Positions 45,537 to 54,270 of a stretch of 64,000 nucleotides of DNA are shown one piece after another. The number at the start of each line of letters is the position of its first letter. Within the stretch, counting starts at the first letter, position 1. The notes beneath the pieces are model-generated. The model searched no databases and was not told the origin of the DNA. It worked only from the letters and a program-made list of their open reading frames with translations. Source of the stretch: Longimicrobiales bacterium (lineage in GTDB: Bacteria; Gemmatimonadota; Gemmatimonadetes; Longimicrobiales; Gaopeijiaceae). Where the stretch lies: contig OZ245028.1 in NCBI GenBank assembly GCA_965223925.1, positions 2,914,022-2,978,021 on the forward strand. The letters are read 5' to 3'. The translations under genes were made by a program, and so were the position numbers.

Positions 45537-46532
45537 ATGAAGAAAGCGCTTCCCCGGAATGCGCTGCGGTGCTGGAGACGGATCTCCATGGTTGGCCCGG
45601 CAGTCCTGGTGTCGGCGTGCAGCAACCCACCCTATGTGCCGCCCGAAGGCCTGCCGCTTCTCTTCGAAGCGGTTGAGGCGGAGCCCGCCCTGCATGAGCC
45701 GGCAATGGATGGCTGCGTACAGGTCCACAACGTGTGGAAGGCCCAGGTCCGGGCCGTGCATCTCACCGCCCGTGGGTCCATTGCGGATCGGGTGGAGATG
45801 CTCCGAGACAGCGTCTACACACCGTACTCCGAGTTCTGGGATGGGTATGCCGGCGATTTCGACAGATGGGCGCGCCGCGTGTTCGATCTCGCAGGCCATC
45901 CCAACAGGACTTTTCCGACTCGAATCGACCTTCCTCGTCTGATCGCCGATGCAACGGTCCGGGCGGAGGAGATGACCGGGTTTCGTGGATGCGCCTCATG
46001 GCATCTCGTGTATGGTCCCGGCTGGGCCGATATGGGAGGGCTTTCGGATGGTAGCATGCTGGTCGATTTCTTCGGCGGCCACTCAAAGGCCGAAGACATG
46101 CACTGGACGCTTCCCCACGAGGTCGCGCACGTGCTCCGCGGCCAGGAATCGGAACCCGAACCCTGGAATGTACTTACCGTCATAGTCACCGAAGGCATGG
46201 CAGACTACTTCAAGGACATCTATTGGGGCGACGAGCAGAACAGTGCTGAGGTGCTGGGGTATTCCGAGTCCGAATGGGACTGGGCCATCGCTCACGAAGC
46301 CGAGCTGTGGGGCATGGCAATCGAACAACTCGAAGACACCAGTCGTGACATCATCGATCGATACCAGTCGGCGAGCCAGCGTTTGCATCCGGACGGACCC
46401 AGCAACGTGGGCTACTTCCTCGGATACAGGATTTCGGAGGCATACATCGCCAGGCACGGTCCCGATGCCCTCGTTGATCTGTTCCGGCTAACGGCGCGGG
46501 AGATTCTTGAGGAGAGCGGGTACTCGCCGTAG
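45537..46532 (+). CDS. Lipoprotein with an HExxH zinc-protease motif (DUF2268-like predicted metalloprotease).
   Basis: GAAGGAGG RBS. Lipobox LVSAC. LPHEVAHVLRG and downstream TEGMADYF. Confidence 0.6.
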   Translation: MKKALPRNALRCWRRISMVGPAVLVSACSNPPYVPPEGLPLLFEAVEAEPALHEPAMDGCVQVHNVWKAQVRAVHLTARGSIADRVEMLRDSVYTPYSEFWDGYAGDFDRWARRVFDLAGHPNRTFPTRIDLPRLIADATVRAEEMTGFRGCASWHLVYGPGWADMGGLSDGSMLVDFFGGHSKAEDMHWTLPHEVAHVLRGQESEPEPWNVLTVIVTEGMADYFKDIYWGDEQNSAEVLGYSESEWDWAIAHEAELWGMAIEQLEDTSRDIIDRYQSASQRLHPDGPSNVGYFLGYRISEAYIARHGPDALVDLFRLTAREILEESGYSP

Positions 46533-46590
46533 GGGGCTAACACACCACATCCTGACTAGTACACCGGTTCAGAAGTTCGATGACGTATAC

Positions 46591-46959
46591 TCATGCGGCA
46601 TGGGCAAGTGAGGGCGTCGCGGATCCGGGCGTGCGGGCCATGAGGCGGGTGAGGTCTTGTCGGGTGAACTTCCATTGAAAGGGGGAGGCGATCTGCTGGT
46701 AATGGTCCTGAAAGCCGAGGATACGGTCGGCGACTTGGTTCTGGGAAGTGAAGTGAGCGGGCGTGAGGGCTTTGCGCTGCAGGATCGAGAAGTAGATCTC
46801 GATCTGGTTCATCCAGCTCGCGTGCGTGGGCAGGTGCACCAGGGTGAGATTGTCGAACTGTGCCTGGAGACGGTCGACGGCGCGCTGGCCGCGGTGAATG
46901 GTGCCGCCGTCGACGATCCAGAAGACGCGTCTGGCCGAATGATAGGGTTCTCGGGCCAT
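46591..46959 (-). mobile_element. IS630-family transposase, C-terminal (DDE_3) fragment only.
   Basis: VFWIVDGGTIHRG...LVHLPTHASWMNQIEIYFSILQRKAL...F.S......I..F...Y. The N-terminal ~200 aa are missing. Confidence 0.7.
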
Positions 46960-46979
46960 AACCTTGGCGACGAGCGCGT

Positions 46980-47085
46980 CCGGCGGGTGCTGAACAGCTT
47001 CCTGCAGATGATCGGCTGTCAGAGCGCGATCTCGATATGGCGAATGGAAGCGAAGGGAAGAATCAACACTTCATTCTCATACGCA
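46980..47085 (+). pseudogene. Decayed copy of the IetA-IetS gene junction: an internal IetA piece fused to the intergenic region and first 14 codons of IetS.
   Basis: 46980-47015 matches 54872-54910 (RRVLNSFLQMI). 47016-47080 matches 55259-55323 (tcagagcgcgatctcga.atggcgaa.ggaagcgaagggaagaatcaacacttcattctca). Confidence 0.75.
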
Positions 47086-47161
47086 GTTGCAACCTTCGCA
47101 GGTTGCTGAAGCATCGAACCAGCGGCCAAGGATGAACCAATGCAATAGGAGATCCCGAAGC

Positions 47162-48331
47162 ATGGCGCGACTGTCCGTATCTCGTCATCGAGTTCTGACC
47201 ACGACGCGTTGTCAGAATCAGGCTGTTGTCGGGCTGGCCGCCTTGGCGGTCGGCCTGGCCACAGTGCCCCCCCAGTTCCTGTCCGCCCAGATGGGGCCAT
47301 CGCTCATTCTGGAGGACAGTGTCGTCCTGCGCGAGACGGACGATCACTACCTTGGTCAGCCGGTCAGCCTCATCCCCGTGGGAGACGGTTCCTTTCTGAT
47401 AGCCGACGGTTTTTCGAATAGCGTTCTGCACTTCGATTCCCGCGGTCGGTATCAGAGGACATTCGGGCAAAAGGGTGAGGGCCCCGGAGAGTTCGGGTTC
47501 GTCAGTGCCGCCGGCTTTGTGGCGGGCGACGTGGTCGGCATCGGCGACGATCGGGTGTTCGAACTAGAGTTGTTCGACCTTCGTAGCGCCGCTCACATCG
47601 GGGCGGTACAGATGAGTGCCCTGGTGGATGAGTATGTCGTGCGCGGCGATACCATCTGGTTCGGTGGGGTGAACAAGGAGAATTGGACCTCAGTCGGATC
47701 TGCTGAGTTGGACGACCTCGTCGCTGTCGCTTCCTCCGGCGGGGGGGATGGCACCATCCTCTCGCCGAATCGAATAGGCGTGCCCAGGATCTACATGGAG
47801 AACGAAGTGGTCATGGGCATGCTGGCCGGGGTCTCGCTCGACGTCCACGAGGGTGTCTCGGTCGTTGGCTTTGCGGCGTCACCCGCATTGGTGATTGCCA
47901 GCTCCTCCGGTGCCGTCCTGGATTCGCTTGCAGTCCCTGCTTCCAGACGCCGAGGGCTTCCTGAAGAAGAGCTCCTCGCCCTGGAACGTGGATCAGGGTA
48001 CACGGACATTTACGGAAGGATGTCCATCCTGCTGAAAGTGTCACATGACTCACTCGGATACATCCACACCGTCCACCAAGAGAGCGACTACGATCCCGAG
48101 ACCCGCCAAATGCGGGGGACGTTCTTCGTGTCGAGTGTGAGAGCGGACGGCACACAGCCCTGCCCCGACACCTTCGTCCCCACCGCCGATGCGGGGCTCG
48201 CGGAGCTCACGTTGCAGGGAAGTCGGCTCCATGTGCTGGACCAGCGACTTGCGGGCGGCGGAGTACGGACCGTCGTACGCACCTTCAGCATCGATCCCGA
48301 GAACTGCACCGGTGAGATCGTTGAAGGGTAG
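47162..48331 (+). CDS. GEGPGEF-motif beta-propeller paralogue (subtype D), secreted.
   Basis: Signal peptide ...LATVPPQFLSAQ. GQKGEGPGEFGFV. Confidence 0.7.
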   Translation: MARLSVSRHRVLTTTRCQNQAVVGLAALAVGLATVPPQFLSAQMGPSLILEDSVVLRETDDHYLGQPVSLIPVGDGSFLIADGFSNSVLHFDSRGRYQRTFGQKGEGPGEFGFVSAAGFVAGDVVGIGDDRVFELELFDLRSAAHIGAVQMSALVDEYVVRGDTIWFGGVNKENWTSVGSAELDDLVAVASSGGGDGTILSPNRIGVPRIYMENEVVMGMLAGVSLDVHEGVSVVGFAASPALVIASSSGAVLDSLAVPASRRRGLPEEELLALERGSGYTDIYGRMSILLKVSHDSLGYIHTVHQESDYDPETRQMRGTFFVSSVRADGTQPCPDTFVPTADAGLAELTLQGSRLHVLDQRLAGGGVRTVVRTFSIDPENCTGEIVEG

Positions 48332-48334
48332 GGT

Positions 48335-48761
48335 AGACGCGCCAGCGGTGTGGCTCAGTAACCGACCTACCGTTACTCCAGTAGAGCGGTCATCACTCTC
48401 GGACAGGCGCCACCGGGTCAGGTGCTCATTGACGGGTTGTCCGAGATCCAGGTTGCGATCTGCCGCGAGCCGGAGCACTCCCCATGGTCGTCACCGGCTT
48501 TGAGAGGGACGCCACATTCAGTGGAGTGGAGGCCCCCATCAATCTCCCCGATGAAGGATCGACGAAGCCGTACCCTGTGGTCAAAGCGGGAACGCCATCG
48601 TGAAGGTACGCGACGACAAGGCCCGGAACCTCATGTTCAGCCAACAGCCCGGGGACGACTGAATCCAGCATGGTCCGGAAGCGGTCGGGCCCTTCCTGCG
48701 CTACCGCCAAGGTGGGGCCGAAAAGCAGCCAAAAAGGAGCGGCCCAGAGGGCACTGCACAC
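48335..48761 (-). pseudogene. Beta-lactamase-family serine hydrolase: N-terminal ~140 aa, frameshifted and 3'-truncated.
   Basis: Signal peptide, then GLVVAYLHDG......GYGF.D........TPLNVASLSKPVT (SxxK). It continues in another frame as LRLAADRNLDLGQPVNEHL...VTVGRLLSHTAG. Confidence 0.55.
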
Positions 48762-48789
48762 CTGTCTGCGTCGGATCAGCGCACCCCCC

Positions 48790-49700
48790 CTCCGGCAGAC
48801 GCCTCACCACCACGTAGGGCACGTCCAGGTCATCCGTCTCCACGAAGGCGGCGAGGCCGTCCGGGCCAAAGGCCGAAGGCATCGCGGTGGAGCCGGGCGC
48901 GAAGGTGCCCACGTAGCGTCCGTCCGACGAAATGAGGTCGATCGGGTTGCCCTCCGTCCCTTCGTCGCCTCGGTGGCGGACCCAGATGGTGCCTTCCCAG
49001 CCCTTCCAGGCGGCGCTCGATCTCGGCGGCCTTCATGCGGTCTGTCACGGGGCTGGGCTGGAACGGACGGGTCAGGATCCGGGTCACACGGCCGCCAGGC
49101 ACGGCGATCTTGATTGCGTACGCAGAGGAGTCGGTGTACACCACCGCCTTGCTGGGGAGCACTGCCGCCGCGAGCCGGGGCCTGAATGCCTCCGGATCGC
49201 CGGGCGCCCGCCATCCCGCCACGACCGAGTCGATGCCGACCCGGTCGCCGCTCAGATCGTAGCTCAGGACATACCGGAACGAGGGTGCCGGCGCTTCGTC
49301 GTCGGGACTGGGCGCGGTCCTTCTCAGGTAGCCGACTTCGGTTGTGGCGAGAACCCGATCCATTCCCGGGAAGGCCTGAATGCCACCGATCATCGGCGTG
49401 TGCGTCTGCGGGCCTCCCAAGGGGATCGTGCGTTCGAATTCGCCGTCCGCAGCGAAGAGGGCGAATCCCATTCGCCCCACGTCGTAGACGGTCACCCGTC
49501 CGTCCCGCATGACGGCGAACTCCAGTGCGGCCGCAGACCGCCTGCTCGCGGTCGCCTGCGCGATGCTCCAAACCCGGTCCTCCTTACCGGCCCGCCGACC
49601 CGGCAGAGCATCATGCGGCCTGGTCTCCTCTCCCGTCGCCTCGCCAGGCCATGTTTTGCCGCCACACCTGCGGCCTTCCCGCTCTTGGACGAATCAGGTC
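48790..49700 (-). pseudogene. Subtype-B beta-propeller paralogue with several frameshifts, a degenerate GEGPGEF motif and a lost stop.
   Basis: AAALEFAVMRDGRVTVYDVGRMGFALFAADGEFERTI ... [36 protein letters not shown] ..., then in another frame [42 protein letters not shown]. Confidence 0.6.
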
Positions 49701-49750
49701 GATCCCCATCGAGATAAACCGGGCAATGTCAAAATGATGTCAAAATGAAC

Positions 49751-49788
49751 GTTTGTCCGCCATATCAGGAGTGAAATGGCGAACAAAC
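49751..49788. repeat. Palindromic repeat, copy C.
   Basis: gtttgtccgccatatcaggagtgaaatggcgaacaaac. It shares ~55 bp including the loop and 3' flank with copy D. Confidence 0.7.
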
Positions 49789-49865
49789 AGGTTGGGGGCG
49801 CTATGAGTCCGGCAAGAGCTCGTACTTGGCAATTCGCCAAGGTGGAATGTCCGGATTGAGCAACA

Positions 49866-50010
49866 CATGGAGTGAACACGCGCGCGGCGCGATTCGCGAG
49901 CGCAGATGAGATGTTTGCGGAACTTGAAGAAGCCTCCGGCAAGTAAGCGGGCCAAGCAGCCGCGCAGGGTTGACTACGCCCGACAATTCCTCAAGGACTG
50001 GGAGCGGCTC
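49866..50010 (+). pseudogene. Remnant of a DinJ-YafQ-type TA pair: last ~25 codons of the antitoxin plus the first ~20 codons of a YafQ/RelE-like toxin.
   Basis: RAARFASADEMFAELEEASGK* parallels 58110-58179. It is followed by KQPRRVDYARQFLKDWERLS (toxin N-terminal pattern i.y...F.kd.krL). Confidence 0.55.
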
Positions 50011-50013
50011 TCC

Positions 50014-50165
50014 GTGTTCGTACCGATGAGGCCCGAGTGCAGGAGGTCTGGGCACCCCGGTATCCGGACGCCCCCTACATGGACTACATCAGGACTATGG
50101 GCACGAAACCAATGACGCTGAAAGATTGTCCACGAGGTGAATGTCGCAAGGGACAGGTGGAGCCC
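50014..50165 (+). pseudogene. Internally deleted remnant of a 43960..44610-type gene.
   Basis: 50014-50105 matches 44111-44215, and 50125-50165 matches 44575-44612. Confidence 0.6.
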
Positions 50166-50311
50166 GGCCGGCGATCAAACTCAACCGAAACTACGCAGCG
50201 CTGACGTTCCCGCGAAGCGCTTGCCAACTTCCCATACGGCGTCGTGCTTCTTCCCGTCGTCCGTCGCACGAGCAGTGTCGTGGGGGTCCGGTGCGCCCTT
50301 GTGGTCGTGCG

Positions 50312-52174
50312 TCATGGTGTCCGCCCGCCCCTTGCATGGGATTGGTAGGCTTCCTCAAGCTGGCTGACCGATTTCCCCGTCAACTCAAGCAGCGCCGTGA
50401 TGAGTTGGTCGTTGGAGACGACCTGATCTGAGTTGATTCGGTAGATCAGGGCATACAGAACGCCTGGCTCACGTTTTTCCAAATAGTCAAACAGCATGCA
50501 CGACTGCGAGTATGTTCGTTCGGGATCAGCAAGAAAGGCGTCGCGACTGAGACGGAGCAGCTGCGCGAGGGGCATGAGACGGGCTTGCTGATCATACCGC
50601 TGGAAGAGATCGGTGCAGTAGGGGACTGGCGTTGACATTCTGAGCGAGCCGCTGAACACACCGCCCTCAAAGTACATCGCAGTGCCTTCGATAAACCAAT
50701 GGGAGTTGCGCCACGCCCGTGGCCATGTCGCGTAGAGGAAATCGTGGCCGACCTCATGCAACTGAGTGCCGAAGTCCGGGATCTGGTACGGAATGACGAA
50801 CCACCGCGGGTAGTCAAAATAACAGGTCGTTACGTTCCTGGCTCCGGGGATGAAGATGGTGGGGCAGTGCGGCACGACCTTCTGAAAGACCGCCGGGTCT
50901 GATGTGTAGTAGGCATCAATGTGGGCGCCGCGGTTTCTGGCGTAGAGGGCATCGAAGAAATCCCAGACGCGCTTCAGATGCTCTGCGTGCTCCTTGCTGA
51001 AGGTCGGGCTGATGTCGGAGAAGACGCGAACGTTGGCCACTTGATGAACGTGTGGATAGTCGGCAGCCAGGGCGCGGAGCCATGCCGGATCCGTGTCGGG
51101 GAAGGGGGACGGAGGCTGCGGGGCCGGTGGCTCATGGGAGATCGCGAAATCCAGCACCGTGTCCGAGGCCAAGCCTAACCTGCGGCCGACTGACACGAAC
51201 CCTGCCGCCGTTGCTCGAATGGTGAACTCCGCTGGCCGCAGGGCTTCCAGCATGTAGCGCCCGCTATCGTCGGTGGTCGCCTGACGCCCGGCATCGGGGC
51301 CATCGACGACCTCAACGATGGCGCCAACGACGCGACCGGTGGGTGTAGTGACCACAGGCACCGCAGGCCCGAGATCTCGTACTTCAGGGTGTCGCAGATG
51401 CCGCCGCACGGAACGGCCATCGAAGCGGCCCTCGCGACCCGATTCGCCGGCGCTGCTCATGCGCAGCCGGTAGCTCGCTACGTCGGCAAACCCGTTCGTC
51501 TGAGGATCGGCCCACCCGTGACTGACGGTGCCTGATAGCGTCCAGCGGGTGGGTGCCGTCACCACCAACTCCGCCCGGCCGGTCACTCCTCCCGCAGCGG
51601 CGGTGATGGCCGTCTCGCCCGCCGCGACCCCGGTGACGAGGCCGTCGTCATCCACCCGGGCCACCAGGGTGTCACTGGACGCCCAGGCGAACACCGCGCC
51701 CGCTATCGCGTGACCGTTCGCGTCGGCCGCTTCGGCGGAGAGACGCACGGTGTCGGCCTCCACCAGGGTGTCCGCAGGCGGTGAAACCGCGACCGTGCTC
51801 ACCTCCTGGGCCACCGTCACCGTCGCGGTCCCGTTCGCGCCGCCCGCCGTCGCCGTGATCGTCGCCGCCCCGTTGCCTACCGCCGTAACGAGACCGGATG
51901 CGTCGACCGTCGCCACCGGCGCATCGTCGCTCGCCCAAGCGACGGCGGCCCCGGCCAGCACCTGTCCGTTCTGGTCGCGTACCTCGGCCGAGAGCTGCAC
52001 GGTTGCCCCCAGCGCGCTCAGCCGGGCGGTCGCGGGCGTGACCGTCACGGTCGTCGGCCGCGGGGGGTCGGGGGGCGGGGCCGGAGGTTCCGTGGTCCCG
52101 TCGCCGCAGGCGTACGCCCACAGGGCGGCCGATAGCGTCGCGGCCGCAAAGATGAAGATTCGATTGCGGTTCAT
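50312..52174 (-). CDS. Lipoprotein with two Big_2 Ig-like domains, a carboxypeptidase-regulatory-like beta-sandwich and a C-terminal HExxH (peptidase-MA-like) domain.
   Basis: Lipobox LWAYAC. Two units of VTVTPATARLSALGATVQLSAEVRDQNGQVL..A.V.WASSD..VA.VD..GLVT.V..G.A.ITA. LHEVGHDF ... EGTAMYFE. Confidence 0.7.
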   Translation of the reverse strand: MNRNRIFIFAAATLSAALWAYACGDGTTEPPAPPPDPPRPTTVTVTPATARLSALGATVQLSAEVRDQNGQVLAGAAVAWASDDAPVATVDASGLVTAVGNGAATITATAGGANGTATVTVAQEVSTVAVSPPADTLVEADTVRLSAEAADANGHAIAGAVFAWASSDTLVARVDDDGLVTGVAAGETAITAAAGGVTGRAELVVTAPTRWTLSGTVSHGWADPQTNGFADVASYRLRMSSAGESGREGRFDGRSVRRHLRHPEVRDLGPAVPVVTTPTGRVVGAIVEVVDGPDAGRQATTDDSGRYMLEALRPAEFTIRATAAGFVSVGRRLGLASDTVLDFAISHEPPAPQPPSPFPDTDPAWLRALAADYPHVHQVANVRVFSDISPTFSKEHAEHLKRVWDFFDALYARNRGAHIDAYYTSDPAVFQKVVPHCPTIFIPGARNVTTCYFDYPRWFVIPYQIPDFGTQLHEVGHDFLYATWPRAWRNSHWFIEGTAMYFEGGVFSGSLRMSTPVPYCTDLFQRYDQQARLMPLAQLLRLSRDAFLADPERTYSQSCMLFDYLEKREPGVLYALIYRINSDQVVSNDQLITALLELTGKSVSQLEEAYQSHARGGRTP

Positions 52175-52545
52175 GCATCCATCTCCGGGCCGGAGAGGAG
52201 GTCTTGGTGCAATAACTCGCCCAGGTGCGGAGCCTCACCAATTAGATTGGAGGTGGTCCGGCCAGACAGCAATCCCCAATGGAGGGATAGACGGAACCGC
52301 CGGCGAACGAGTTCGTTTAGCGCGCACCATCGGTCAACCCGGTCCTGCATCTCCTCCACCTTGAGCAGGCTCTTCAGGTAGGCCGTCACGTTCGCGTTGG
52401 CGTTGATCGTCCGGGCGAAGGCATCGTCGATCTTCGTGAGCAGAGCTGTCTCGCGCGCATTGTCAGGCTGAAGGTTATCCGGACCTTGGAGAACGGAGTC
52501 GAACGATGCAAACCCGTCTGACCATACTGCCACCGCCACGAGCAT
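52171..52545 (-). CDS. Small (124-aa) hypothetical helical protein. Its stop overlaps the start of the Big_2 lipoprotein gene.
   Basis: ATG at 52545. Sequence ...ETALLTKIDDAFARTINANANVTAYLKSLLKVEEMQDRVDRW... ATGA overlap at 52171-52174. It could instead be a frameshifted C-terminal extension of the DUF429 gene. Confidence 0.35.
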   Translation of the reverse strand: MLVAVAVWSDGFASFDSVLQGPDNLQPDNARETALLTKIDDAFARTINANANVTAYLKSLLKVEEMQDRVDRWCALNELVRRRFRLSLHWGLLSGRTTSNLIGEAPHLGELLHQDLLSGPEMDA

Positions 52546-53585
52546 GCTCGGCCTCGCTGCTTGCGGCTCCGATACCGGGCCCGCCGGCCCAAGGGTTGAA
52601 GTCGAGACGATCGGCGACACAACGATCCTCGGAGGGAATCGATTCGCAGCAGTCAATTGCCGCCGCTCGAGCGACCAGAGCTGCCACGAGCACATCGTCC
52701 GAGGCCCGACACTGAGACCGATCCTCTTTGGTGAGGGTGAGCCAGGAACTGGTCTTCTCGGCAAAGTCCCTAACAAGCTGGGCCCGAACTTTTTCTCCCT
52801 TGGTGCCTTTGTAGTCACGCGAGGGGAACCCCCATATCGACAGCGCTGCAGCAGGGTACGTTTCGACGAAGCGGCCGCCGCCGCTCCGATCAATGGCTTC
52901 GCCGGTTGCAGCTGCTGCTGCGAGCAGACGGGCAGCTCGCATCGCGGTCATCGCGATCCGATCCGACGAGACACCCAGAGGCCATCGACACAGTCTCTTC
53001 TTCACCGCTTGGTCCGTTCTCCGAAACCGAAGCTGGGAGACTTCAACAGAAGGCCAGACCATCGAGGTCGAGTAGTCATCGATGGCCCGGGTGAACGGCA
53101 CGGGCCAGCCAAAGGGGGCATCGATTCCGATCTTGTCTGCGCGCCTAAACAGCCCCAAGCAGGTCTGAGTCCGTCGCTCCCATCGAGAGTGACTCGACAC
53201 GTGCCGACGTGCTGCCCCAACGGATCAGGCAGGTGCCGGTGCGCTTCGGCTGAGATGCCAGATCCACACCTAGAGTGACCACTAGCCGAGACTCCGCTAG
53301 CGATCCAACTGTACCGCCGCAGTCGCACGCGACAACCTCGAAGCCGTGGCGTCGGAGAAACCCGTTGGACTCACGGCCTCCGGAGAATCGATCCGGATCG
53401 AGCGACTCGCCCGTCGCGATCTGATGAGCGAGCGAAATCGTGTACTTCGGGGGCAAGTGCTCGCCGTTCGTAGACAGGCAGTAGCCTCGGCCCCTTCTTC
53501 GCGGTGGTACGCCGTCGTGGACGATGCGCCGGATGGCTTCCGCAACGTGTGTCTCGGTGATGTACGCTGGGATCATAAGTCTCAC
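52475..53585 (-). pseudogene. Fusion of a small N-terminal (restriction-enzyme-head-like) domain with a DUF429 (RNase-H-like predicted nuclease) domain, interrupted by a 1-nt frameshift near 53150.
   Basis: N-terminal domain: AIRRIVHDGVPPRRRGRGYCLSTNGEHLPPKYTISLAHQIATGESLDPDRFSGGRESNGFLRRHGFEV. DUF429-like: TLGVDLASQPKRTGTCL ... SDLLGAV* / (frame shift) RRADKIGIDAPFGWP ... ETYPAAAL ... DDVLVAALVARAAA. Confidence 0.6.
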
Positions 53586-53866
53586 CGCGCGCGCAGCCAG
53601 GGCCGGTTCACGGTGTAGCGGCTGACGGAACTGCTGCTGTCCCGCTCGACGCCAATGAGCCCGCGGCCCTCCAGTCTGGCCAACGCAGCCTGGACCGCCC
53701 GCTTGGACAGGCCCGTGCCCTCCGCGATCTGCCTCAGACTCAGCTCAGCCGCCTTGTCGGCCACCTGCCGATACAGATAGAGGTAGGTCAGATAGGCGCT
53801 GGGATGCCGATCGTGCCCGACCAGATCGGGCAGAAGAACGTCGATGACATAGGGGTCGATTTCCAT
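53582..53866 (-). CDS. Small winged-helix (MarR/GntR-like) DNA-binding protein.
   Basis: LSLRQIAEGTGLSKRAVQAALARLEGRGLIGVER. Its stop overlaps the start of the next gene by 4 nt (53582-53585). Confidence 0.6.
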   Translation of the reverse strand: MEIDPYVIDVLLPDLVGHDRHPSAYLTYLYLYRQVADKAAELSLRQIAEGTGLSKRAVQAALARLEGRGLIGVERDSSSSVSRYTVNRPWLRAR

Positions 53867-53874
53867 CGCTCAAG

Positions 53875-54070
53875 TTCACTTCCATCCCCGTCCGGAACCA
53901 GGACGCCGCGCTCGACTTCTACACGAGCAAGCTGGGCTTCGCCGTGGCAACCGATCAGCCACTCGGTGAGCAGCGCTGGATCGAGCTGCGCATCCCCGGG
54001 GCCGACACCCGCGTCGTGCTCTACACCCTTCCAGGTCAGGAAGATCGCATCGGAACGCCGTCAAACGTGG
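53875..54070 (+). pseudogene. VOC-family gene, N-terminal ~65 codons only, with no start codon.
   Basis: FTSIPVRNQDAALDFYTSKLGFAVATDQPLGEQRWIELRIPGADTRVVLYTLPGQEDRIG parallels the N-terminus of 43192..43587. It begins 9 nt from the divergent wHTH start. Confidence 0.6.
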
Positions 54071-54270
54071 ACAGGGCCCTTCCATATCAGCTACTCGGAA
54101 TGACAAGTACAGTTGTCATTGTGTCAAGCACGCTTTACATTACAGCCGCGAAAGGTCAAGGTCGCGCGCGCTGAGAGCACCGTCTTCGCCCATCCACCCA
54201 TACCTGGGGCCCACGCCAATCGTTACGTTGGGAGCCGATCAGGACCACCATCGCAAACCGGAGACGTCCA

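Noticed and set aside
53140-53165. Programmed ribosomal frameshifting in the DUF429 gene.
   Set aside because: No slippery heptamer or downstream structure is evident. A sequencing error or an inactivating mutation is the simpler explanation.
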